NCBI GenBank assembly: GCA_963823655.1
Contig: CAWGMK010000013.1
Location: 384,001 to 448,000 of the forward strand
Direction: 5' to 3'
DNA: 64,000 nucleotides
Source of the DNA: an uncultured Bacillota bacterium
GTDB lineage: Bacteria; Bacillota; DTU025; MWDF01
The notes under the pieces were generated by a model. It saw nothing but the letters and a program-made list of their open reading frames with translations. It did no database searches and was not told where the DNA came from. This document shows positions 40,666 through 48,729 of this stretch, in pieces. How positions within the stretch are numbered: position 1 is the first letter of the stretch; the number at the start of each line of letters is the position of its first letter. The position numbers were made by a program, and so were the translations under genes.

Positions 40666-41559
40666 TTAAATCAGGCCTGCCGCCCTCATACCCGCCTTGA
40701 CCTTCTCCATCTCAAGGGCCGTAAGGTCCACAAGAGGCGGCCTGACGGGGCCTGCATCTATACCCAAGAGTGAAAGCGCGGCCTTCACTGGTATCGGGTT
40801 CGTCGTTATGAACATCGCCTTAAAGGCCGGCAGCAGCCTTCTATGCAGCTCTCCAGCCTTCTTAGAATCCCCTGCCGCAAAAGCGTACACCATCTCGTGT
40901 ATCTCATTGCCGCAGACATGGGCCGCCACGCTCACAATGCCGTCCGCTCCGACTGCCATAAGGGGCACAGTCAAATTATCGTCACCGCTCAGGACCGAAA
41001 AGCCTTGCGGTGCGCCGGATACGATCTCGGCGGCCTGGTCGAGGCTTCCCGATGCCTCTTTCACGGCTACGATGTTATCGTACGCCTTCGCCAGGGAGAC
41101 AGTGGTCTCGGAGAGCATGTTAACGCTCGTCCTTCCGGGCACGACGTACAGGAGGATGGGCAGCTTGGTCTGCTCGGCTATCATTGAGAAGTGCCTGTAA
41201 AGCCCGGCCTGGGGCGGCTTGTTGTAATAGGGCGTGACCAGCATGCAGCCGTCCACTCCCAGCTTCTCCGCCTTTTTGGTAAGCTCTATCGAGCTGAAGG
41301 TGTCATTGCTTCCGGTGCCCGCGATTACGGACGCCCTTCCGCCGACGACCCCCTTCACCGCGGAGAACATCTGCAGCTTCTCCTCCTTGGAAAGGGCCGG
41401 TGACTCCCCTGTTGTGCCTGCGACGACCAGCCCGTCGGAGCCGTTTCTGACCAGGAAGTCCGCAAGCTGCTCGAGCTTGCCGAAATCTACGGATAAATCA
41501 CTTTTCATCGGGGTGACCATTGCGGTCAGCACCCTCGACTTTCTTGTGCCAGTTAGCAT
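40666..41559 (-). CDS. dapA: 4-hydroxy-tetrahydrodipicolinate synthase
   Basis: GTTGES, PYYNKP, VPGRT, KEASG and NPIPVK motifs. Confidence 0.96.
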   Translation of the reverse strand: MLTGTRKSRVLTAMVTPMKSDLSVDFGKLEQLADFLVRNGSDGLVVAGTTGESPALSKEEKLQMFSAVKGVVGGRASVIAGTGSNDTFSSIELTKKAEKLGVDGCMLVTPYYNKPPQAGLYRHFSMIAEQTKLPILLYVVPGRTSVNMLSETTVSLAKAYDNIVAVKEASGSLDQAAEIVSGAPQGFSVLSGDDNLTVPLMAVGADGIVSVAAHVCGNEIHEMVYAFAAGDSKKAGELHRRLLPAFKAMFITTNPIPVKAALSLLGIDAGPVRPPLVDLTALEMEKVKAGMRAAGLI

Positions 41560-41575
41560 TTTCGCACCTCCAAGG

Positions 41576-42793
41576 CTAAATTCCGGGTTCGAACTCCTTA
41601 TGCAGGGCCCTTGCCGCCTTTTCTACTTCATCCTCTTTTATCAGGCACGATACCGAGTTATGGGAGTCTGAGGTCTGCATGATCTCGATATTCGCGCCCT
41701 TTAGCGCCTTTACTACCTTCGACATGACTCCCGGAATCCCCCTCATTATCTGACCAACTACCGAAACGGTTCCGCATCCTCTTACAATCGAACAAGTAAG
41801 GCCCAGGTCCTTCAGGCAAAGCTCCGTCCTCGACGTATCCTTGTCGGCCACTATGAAGGCCATCCTGTCCGCGAAAAGGCTTATCATGTCTATTGAAATG
41901 CTCTCTGCAGCAAGCTTGCTCAACACTTCCATGGAAACGTCGTCCCCTGACTTGCCGCTAAGGTCGATGAGGAATCTGGTAACGCCCAAGGTATGTGTTA
42001 CTCCGGAGACCGGCTTCTCCGATATGCTTGCGCCTACGTCCATTACCGGTCCGTCATCTATGATAGTGCCCTCTGAATCGCTAAACGTGCTCCTTATTAC
42101 CAGCGGCGTCCTGGATTTCATGGCGATTTCCACAGCTCTCGGGTGTACTACCTTCGAGCCCAGGTTCGCCATCTCTTGCATGTCGTGGTAGGAGATGTTC
42201 TTCTGGAACCTTGCCTCAGGCACTATCCTTGGGTCTGCCGTCATCACGCCCTCGACGTCGGTGAAGATCTCCACCTTGTCCGCCTTCAGCGCTGCTCCTA
42301 GTGCTGCTGCAGTCGTGTCGCTGCCGCCTCTTCCAAGAGTTGTCACATCCCCGGATGAGTCCATGCCTTGAAAGCCCGCCACCACCGGTATTATCCCTTT
42401 TGAAATTGCCAGCTTAAGCCTCGTTGTATCGATCGATGTGATCCTGGCGTCAGTGAAGTTGGCGTCCGTGATTATGCCCGCCTGGAAGCCCATGAATGAC
42501 ACAGCATTGAGCCCCTCGGCTTTAAGGGCGGCTGCAAGTACTGCAATCGATATGACTTCCCCGCAGGAGGCTATCGCGTCGCGTTCCCTTGGCTCAGCGT
42601 CATGATTATAATTCGATATCAGCTCAAGCAGGGTATCCGTTGCATATGGGGAGGGTTTCCTTCCCATTGCGGAAACCACAACCACGACCTGGTAACCGTC
42701 GGATACGGCCCTCTTTACTTTGCCGACTACCTTGGCGCAGGAATCCTTCGAGGCTACTGAGGTGCCGCCGAATTTTTGTATTAGAATACCCAT
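41576..42793 (-). CDS. dapG: Aspartate kinase (DapG/aspartokinase I type)
   Basis: QKFGGTSV, PYATDTL, TTLGRGGSD, TADPR and ACT domains. Confidence 0.9.
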   Translation of the reverse strand: MGILIQKFGGTSVASKDSCAKVVGKVKRAVSDGYQVVVVVSAMGRKPSPYATDTLLELISNYNHDAEPRERDAIASCGEVISIAVLAAALKAEGLNAVSFMGFQAGIITDANFTDARITSIDTTRLKLAISKGIIPVVAGFQGMDSSGDVTTLGRGGSDTTAAALGAALKADKVEIFTDVEGVMTADPRIVPEARFQKNISYHDMQEMANLGSKVVHPRAVEIAMKSRTPLVIRSTFSDSEGTIIDDGPVMDVGASISEKPVSGVTHTLGVTRFLIDLSGKSGDDVSMEVLSKLAAESISIDMISLFADRMAFIVADKDTSRTELCLKDLGLTCSIVRGCGTVSVVGQIMRGIPGVMSKVVKALKGANIEIMQTSDSHNSVSCLIKEDEVEKAARALHKEFEPGI

Positions 42794-42809
42794 TTCGCAG
42801 CCCCTCCCA

Positions 42810-43826
42810 TTACTCGATGAGCCCCAAGGCTATCTGTATCGCATTTGTGGCGGCGCCCTTTTTAAGCTGGTCGCCGACCGCCCAAAGCACTATCGACCTG
42901 GGGGCGGAAGTGTCCACCCTGACTCTGCCTACATGCACTAACGTGCTGCCTGAGACCATAAACGGCATCGGATAGACGCCCTTCATGGGATCATCCTCCA
43001 ACACCAGGCCCTTGCCTGTGGCTATCGCGTCCTTTACATCCTCAATGTCGAAATCCTTCACGGTCTCGATGTTGATTGACTCCGAGTGCGATCTGAACAC
43101 GGGCACCCGCACTGTCGTGGCGCAGACCTGGATCTTGTTGTCCGCAAATATCTTCCTGGTCTCGTCCACCATCTTGTGCTCTTCCTTCGTATAGCCGTCC
43201 TCATAGAAGACGTCTATGTGGGGGATGACGTTGAAGGCTATCTGATGATGCACCGATCCGGTCTTCATCGGCAGCACCTCGGGTTTAACGGGCCTTCCGG
43301 CAAGGTAGTCCTCGCTTTCCTTCCTTAAGGCCTCAATCGCCGCCCAGCCCGCACCTGAAACTGCCTGGTAGGTCGATGCGATTATCCTTTTGATGCCGTA
43401 TTTGCGGTATATCGGCTCAATCGCTACGCACATGATTATCGTGCTGCAATTGGGGTTTGCGATTATTCCCTTATGGGCCTTCGCGGCCTCCATGTTCACT
43501 TCCGGCACCACCAGCGGCACCGTCGGGTCCATCCTCCATGCACTGGAGTTGTCAATTACTACGCAGCCTCTTTTGGCGGCCTCGGGAGCCAGCTGCTTGG
43601 AGGCGGTTCCACCTGCGCTGAAGAAGGCGAAATCAACGCCCTTGAACAATTCAGGGGTCGCTTCCTCCACCTTGATTGGGCCGTAAGGCGTATCCATACT
43701 CTTGCCCGCCGACCTCTCGCTCGCAAGAAGCCTAAGGCTGGAAACCGGGAAATCCAGCTCCTTCAGCCCCAAAATGAATTCTCTTCCTACCGCGCCTGTG
43801 GCGCCGACTATCGCTACTTTGTACAT
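42810..43826 (-). CDS. asd: Aspartate-semialdehyde dehydrogenase
   Basis: GATGAVG, DNSS, ANPNCST, QAVSGAG and KGAATNA motifs. Confidence 0.96.
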   Translation of the reverse strand: MYKVAIVGATGAVGREFILGLKELDFPVSSLRLLASERSAGKSMDTPYGPIKVEEATPELFKGVDFAFFSAGGTASKQLAPEAAKRGCVVIDNSSAWRMDPTVPLVVPEVNMEAAKAHKGIIANPNCSTIIMCVAIEPIYRKYGIKRIIASTYQAVSGAGWAAIEALRKESEDYLAGRPVKPEVLPMKTGSVHHQIAFNVIPHIDVFYEDGYTKEEHKMVDETRKIFADNKIQVCATTVRVPVFRSHSESINIETVKDFDIEDVKDAIATGKGLVLEDDPMKGVYPMPFMVSGSTLVHVGRVRVDTSAPRSIVLWAVGDQLKKGAATNAIQIALGLIE

Positions 43827-43845
43827 GACAGCACCTTCCGTCCTA

Positions 43846-44649
43846 TCAGAAGTCCAGCCCCATGGCCTTGTCCAGGCCGAAAATGGGCTCGCTTATCTCC
43901 ATAGATTTCCTAATTGCAAGGATGACGCCGGGCATGAAGGATTCTCTTCCAATCAAATCATGCCTTATGGTTAGTATCTGGCCCAATCCGCCGAAGATTA
44001 CCTCCTGATGGGCCACAAGCCCCGGCAGGCGCACGCTGTGCACCCTGACACCGCCAAAATCGCCGCCTCTGGCCGCCGGCTCATCTGAGCCTGCTTTCCT
44101 GGACGAGGCGCCCACAGATGCCAGTCCGGCCGCAGTCGCCTTGGCAGTGCCGGACGGCGCGTCGAGCTTCTTGTCGTGATGTAGCTCGATTACCTCGCAG
44201 TCGGGCATGAACCTCGCCGCGATTTTGCTAAGCGACATCATAAGCACGGCACCAATTGCGAAGTTAGGCGCAAGGATTCCTCCAACGCCCGCTTTCGCAG
44301 ACTTGTACATAAGATCCTGTATCGTCTCCTGGCTAATTCCGGTCGTCCCTACTACCCAACGCAGGCGATTTTCAATCGCCTTCTGGATATTCGAAACTGC
44401 GGCCGTTGCCACGGTGAAGTCTACCATTACGTCAGCCTTATGCAGCGCAAGTGCCTCCTCGATAGAGCCTGTGACCTGCACTCCAAGCGGGCCAAGCCCG
44501 CATATGGAGCCTATGTCCTGCCCCAGCAATGTGCGATCGACGGCCCCTGCCAGCACCAAGCCCTCTTCCTTGTGCACGGCCTTGACCACTTCCATGCCCA
44601 TCTTGCCGCAGGCACCTGTCACCAATACCCTGATGTCAGCCATGCTCAA
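43846..44649 (-). CDS. dapB: 4-hydroxy-tetrahydrodipicolinate reductase
   Basis: GACGKMG, GTTG, APNF and ELHHDKKLDAPSGTA motifs. Confidence 0.96.
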   Translation of the reverse strand: MSMADIRVLVTGACGKMGMEVVKAVHKEEGLVLAGAVDRTLLGQDIGSICGLGPLGVQVTGSIEEALALHKADVMVDFTVATAAVSNIQKAIENRLRWVVGTTGISQETIQDLMYKSAKAGVGGILAPNFAIGAVLMMSLSKIAARFMPDCEVIELHHDKKLDAPSGTAKATAAGLASVGASSRKAGSDEPAARGGDFGGVRVHSVRLPGLVAHQEVIFGGLGQILTIRHDLIGRESFMPGVILAIRKSMEISEPIFGLDKAMGLDF

Positions 44650-44654
44650 CCCTC

Positions 44655-45101
44655 CTAAAGACCGGTATGCCCGAAGCCACCGGCTCCTCTGTTCGTGTCG
44701 TCCAGATCGGCTTCCTCTGTGAATTCCGCCTTTTCAACTTCGGCTATTACCAGCTGGGCGACTCTTTCACCCCGCTTGAGCAGAAATTCCTCTAAACCAA
44801 GGTTCACCAGTATCACCTTGACTTCCCCGCGGTAATCGCTGTCAATGGTGCCCGGGGAATTCAAAAGAGTGATGCCGTGCTTTATGGCTAAACCCGACCT
44901 CGGGCGCACCTGCCCCTCATATCCTTTCGGGATCGACAGGGCTATGCCGGTCGGTATAAGCGCCCTTTGCAAAGGTTTAAGAGTCAATTCCCCTTCAATA
45001 GCTGCGCGCAAGTCCGCCCCGGACGCCGCCTCGCTCATATACTCCGGAAGCCATTCCGAAACGCCGTTAGGCAGCACTTTAACGCTAACTTTCACACCCA
45101 T
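44655..45101 (-). CDS. dut: dUTP diphosphatase
   Basis: GADL, RPRSGLA, GTIDSDYRGE and RGAGGFGHTG motifs. Confidence 0.96.
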   Translation of the reverse strand: MGVKVSVKVLPNGVSEWLPEYMSEAASGADLRAAIEGELTLKPLQRALIPTGIALSIPKGYEGQVRPRSGLAIKHGITLLNSPGTIDSDYRGEVKVILVNLGLEEFLLKRGERVAQLVIAEVEKAEFTEEADLDDTNRGAGGFGHTGL

Positions 45102-45190
45102 CGGGGACGTCCCTCCCGCATACTTCGGCTCTTGTATTTAATAATTATACTATATGCGGGCTCCCATTGGCACTTTCAAGGTTAGAGGCT

Positions 45191-46558
45191 TTAGGATTTT
45201 CTCATGAGCGCCAGGAAGAAACCGTCGGAGCCGTGCACGCCCTGCAGAAGCTGAGCCATGCCGCTGCCGGGTTCTGAAAACCCCAGCCCCTCAAGCCTTT
45301 TTAATGGCTGCAGGGAGAAATCCTTATGCCTGGCTAGAAATGCTGCTACCTGCTCCTCGTTCTCCTGTTCGGACACAGTGCAGGTGCTGAATACAAGCCT
45401 TCCGCCCTTTTTTAGGCAAACCGCCGCGGAATCCAGGATATCTGCGCCGATTTTCGCAAACTGGGCCGCCTGTGTCGGGTCCTTCCTCCATCTGGCATCG
45501 GCCCTTCTTGAAAGAACGCCCAGCCCTGAGCAAGGGACGTCGGCCATAACGGCATCCGCTTTGTCCTGGTAGCGAAAATGCAGCTTCGACGCATCAGCTG
45601 CCATAGTGCGAATGCATTTGAGTCCCAGCCTTGCGGCATTGTCCTCGACTAGCGCAAGCCTTGCCGAGTTGGAATCAACCGCTATTATGTCGGCGGAATC
45701 TGCGGAAAGCTCCGCCGCGTGACAGGCCTTGCCGCCGGGCGCGCTGCATACATCCAGGATGAGCTCGCCGGCTTTAGGATCCAGAACCTCCGCAACCAGC
45801 ATCGAGGATTCATCCTGCACGGAATAGCAGCCGGCCTCAAACAGAGCGCCTGATGCAGCCCCTCCCCAGCCCTCCAGCCTGATGGCGTACTCAGAGATTG
45901 CCCCTTCCGCAGCGGGCTTTCCCTCTGCTTTCAGGGACTCTAACAGCGCGGCCCTGGTATTCTTCATCGTATTGACCCTGATGACGGCCTGCGGGCTCGC
46001 ATTGTCGTACTGGCACATTAAAAAGGCTTTGTCCATGCCGAACCTGCTTACCCATTGTTTAATTATCCAATCAGGGTGTGATTGTACTATAGAAAGCCAT
46101 TTCTCGGGCTCCGTATTCCTGTCCGGCAGGACAGGGGCGAAACCCGCAGCCGTTGCCTTCCTCAGAACCGCGTTCACAAAGCCCGCAGCCCCGGTGTTCG
46201 AAATCTTCTTCGCCTGCTCTACGGCGGCGTCTACGACTGCGAAACCGGCCTCGCCCTTCATGTAGAAAAGCTGGTAGGCGGCAAGTCTTAGCACGCACGC
46301 TATCTGAGGGTCTATCTGCTTTATCTTCCTGCCTGATGCAGCCTCAATGATATTGTCCAAGGGCAGCAGCATCCTGATTGCCCCGAAAGCCATCTCGGTG
46401 GCCGATGCCCTTGCCCTTTGGTCGGGCTTTCGCATCCTCTGCACATCAGAGAGGGCCTTATGCGCAAACAGGCCCTCCTGCATACAATAGTAAAGCACCT
46501 CCAAAGCAATGTCCCTGGAGGTGCCGGATAGGTTTTCGAAAGCGGGCCTTCTAACCAC
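45191..46558 (-). CDS. rsmB: 16S rRNA m5C967 methyltransferase RsmB
   Basis: NusB-like N-domain (FVNAVLR), VQDESS, CSAPGGK, DVPCSGLG and STCT motifs. Confidence 0.95.
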   Translation of the reverse strand: MVRRPAFENLSGTSRDIALEVLYYCMQEGLFAHKALSDVQRMRKPDQRARASATEMAFGAIRMLLPLDNIIEAASGRKIKQIDPQIACVLRLAAYQLFYMKGEAGFAVVDAAVEQAKKISNTGAAGFVNAVLRKATAAGFAPVLPDRNTEPEKWLSIVQSHPDWIIKQWVSRFGMDKAFLMCQYDNASPQAVIRVNTMKNTRAALLESLKAEGKPAAEGAISEYAIRLEGWGGAASGALFEAGCYSVQDESSMLVAEVLDPKAGELILDVCSAPGGKACHAAELSADSADIIAVDSNSARLALVEDNAARLGLKCIRTMAADASKLHFRYQDKADAVMADVPCSGLGVLSRRADARWRKDPTQAAQFAKIGADILDSAAVCLKKGGRLVFSTCTVSEQENEEQVAAFLARHKDFSLQPLKRLEGLGFSEPGSGMAQLLQGVHGSDGFFLALMRKS

Positions 46559-47246
46559 GGCGTCTGCCTCTTAGTAAGATGAGCCTCAGCAGCTGCGTCA
46601 GGGCAACTGCAGTTGCCGCAACATACGTAAGGGCTGCCGCGTTTAAGACCTGCTTCGCCTGCGGAATCTCATCTACTGTAAGGAATCCCCCTGCTTCTAG
46701 CATCTTAATAGCCCTGTCCGACGCATTGTACTCCACAGGTAGCGTAATCACCGTGAAGAGGACTGAGCCTGCGAAAAGGATTATGCCGATGTCCATAAGC
46801 AGCGTGCCGCCTGTGCTGAACAACATGCCTATGATGAACAACGGAACGGCAAGGAAGGAGCCCAACTGGGCTACAGGAATGATCGCATTCCTGAAGGCAA
46901 GGGCTGCATAGCCGTCCTTGTGCTGCAGGGCGTGCCCCGTCTCATGCGCCGCGACCGCAATAGATGCTATCGAATTGCCTGAGTAGACTTCCCTTGAGAG
47001 GCCCAGCTTGTTGTTGCGCGGGTCGAAATGGTCGGTAAGGCGCCCTTCGACTACTTCAAGCGTCATGTTCGTCGCGCCGCTTGCATCGAGAATATACTTG
47101 GACACCTCGTAGCCTGTGTAGCCCTTGCTCGATTTGACTCCAAGATACTTCTGGAAAGTGCCGCTAACCTTGGACTGAGCGTACATGGCGAAGATCATCG
47201 CCGGGATTATTAGTATATAGGTCCAATCGAAACCACCGTAGTACAT
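46551..47246 (-). CDS. Putative neutral zinc metallopeptidase (YugP-like)
   Basis: LTDHFDP, AHETGHALQ (HExxH), TLPVEYNAS and AAALTYV motifs. Confidence 0.9.
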   Translation of the reverse strand: MYYGGFDWTYILIIPAMIFAMYAQSKVSGTFQKYLGVKSSKGYTGYEVSKYILDASGATNMTLEVVEGRLTDHFDPRNNKLGLSREVYSGNSIASIAVAAHETGHALQHKDGYAALAFRNAIIPVAQLGSFLAVPLFIIGMLFSTGGTLLMDIGIILFAGSVLFTVITLPVEYNASDRAIKMLEAGGFLTVDEIPQAKQVLNAAALTYVAATAVALTQLLRLILLRGRRRG

Positions 47247-48227
47247 CTATTTCACCTCGTTTTGATTTCTGATATCACATAAAAGGTCTATCCTGCCCGA
47301 AAGCCTGCGCCCTCTGGAGAAAGCCTTGCAGTCCATGGCCTTCCCGCCGGAAGGCTTAACAGTCGTAAGCTTGACCCAGCCGCCCTTCGCCGACGCGTAT
47401 ATCGAGCAGTCGTGGGAGGCGAAAGCAAGCCCCAGCTCGGGAACCGGCAGCCCGGCAGAAGACGCTTCGTCCGCGCTTACCGTCTGCGCCGAAAGCACCT
47501 TCATCTCGTTTGAACAGATGAATGCCCTGGCTCCTGGCATCGGTGACAATGCCCTGATCTTCGCAACTATCGCTTCCGGCTCCTCGGCCCAGTCGATCCC
47601 CTCGTCTTCCCTGGTTATCTTCCTGGCAAAGCTCGCCAGATTGCCATCCTGCGCCATGCGGGGTGCTTTTCCCACTTCTAGTAAACGAAGCATCTCGACT
47701 ATGAGTTCTGAGCCGACAGCTGCCACTTTCTCCAGCACGCTGCCCGAATCGTCAGAGTCATGTATCGGAATCTCGCGGCTGATGCCGATGTCCCCCTCGT
47801 CCATGCCCTCGCTCATGTACATAATCGTCACGCCTGTGCTGGTCCGCCCGTCCATAATCGCCCTTTGGACAGGAGCTGCCCCTCTGTACAGTGGGAGCAT
47901 GGAAGCATGGATATTTATAAAGCCGTATTTGGGCATCGCTAGCATCGCTGAAGGTATCTTCTGCCCGAAGGCACAGACAACGGCCACATCAGCTTTGAGC
48001 TCCTCGATCGCCTTCATAAACCCGGGTTCCGTCGCCTTTTGGGGTTGTATCACTTCAAGGCCGAGCTCGAGCGCAGCCTTCTTGACCTCGGTGTGCTCCA
48101 CATTCCGGCCCCTGCCCTTCGGCCTGTCGGGCTGGCTTACGACCGCAACTACCTGATGGCCGGCTGCCACAAGCGCCTTTAAAGGCGGCACCGCAACGGT
48201 CGGAGTGCCCATATAGACTACCCTCAC
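47247..48227 (-). CDS. fmt: Methionyl-tRNA formyltransferase
   Basis: MGTP, QPDRPKGRG, NIHASMLP.YRGAAP and MDEGD motifs. Confidence 0.96.
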   Translation of the reverse strand: MRVVYMGTPTVAVPPLKALVAAGHQVVAVVSQPDRPKGRGRNVEHTEVKKAALELGLEVIQPQKATEPGFMKAIEELKADVAVVCAFGQKIPSAMLAMPKYGFINIHASMLPLYRGAAPVQRAIMDGRTSTGVTIMYMSEGMDEGDIGISREIPIHDSDDSGSVLEKVAAVGSELIVEMLRLLEVGKAPRMAQDGNLASFARKITREDEGIDWAEEPEAIVAKIRALSPMPGARAFICSNEMKVLSAQTVSADEASSAGLPVPELGLAFASHDCSIYASAKGGWVKLTTVKPSGGKAMDCKAFSRGRRLSGRIDLLCDIRNQNEVK

Positions 48228-48709
48228 TCGGCGGCAGCCCCCTTCTTGGACTTCTTCTCCCTCTCATCGAGGAAGACCTTGTCCGCCATATCTACGTAGA
48301 GCTTGCCCTCAAGGTGATCCAGCTCGTGAAGCAGGCATCTTGCCAGGATCCCGTCCCCGTCGACAGTGCAAACCTTGCCGGTCCTGTCCAGATACTTCAC
48401 CTCTACATAATCCGGCCTGGTTATATAAGCAAACTTGCCCGGCACCGAAAGGCAGCGCTCCTCATACTCTACTGCCCCTTCGGTCCTGGTAACATGGGGG
48501 TTGATCATCGTAACGGGACCGTCCCCTATGTCGAAGACCACAAGCCTTACCGGCTCTCCTACCTGAGGTGCGGCAAGGCCTATGCCGTCTGCCTCATACA
48601 TCGCCTTAATCATGCCGGCGGCCAGGTCCAGCAGCTCTTTATCGATTTTCGCGACCGGCTTGGCTACTTGCCTCAGGACCGGGTCGCCTTCTTTTCTGAT
48701 CTCAAGCAT
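48224..48709 (-). CDS. def: Peptide deformylase
   Basis: GIGLAAPQVG, ERCLSVP and HELDHLEG motifs; start reassigned to ATG 48709. Confidence 0.95.
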   Translation of the reverse strand: MLEIRKEGDPVLRQVAKPVAKIDKELLDLAAGMIKAMYEADGIGLAAPQVGEPVRLVVFDIGDGPVTMINPHVTRTEGAVEYEERCLSVPGKFAYITRPDYVEVKYLDRTGKVCTVDGDGILARCLLHELDHLEGKLYVDMADKVFLDEREKKSKKGAAAE

Positions 48710-48729
48710 ATCTTCTATGCACTCTCCGT

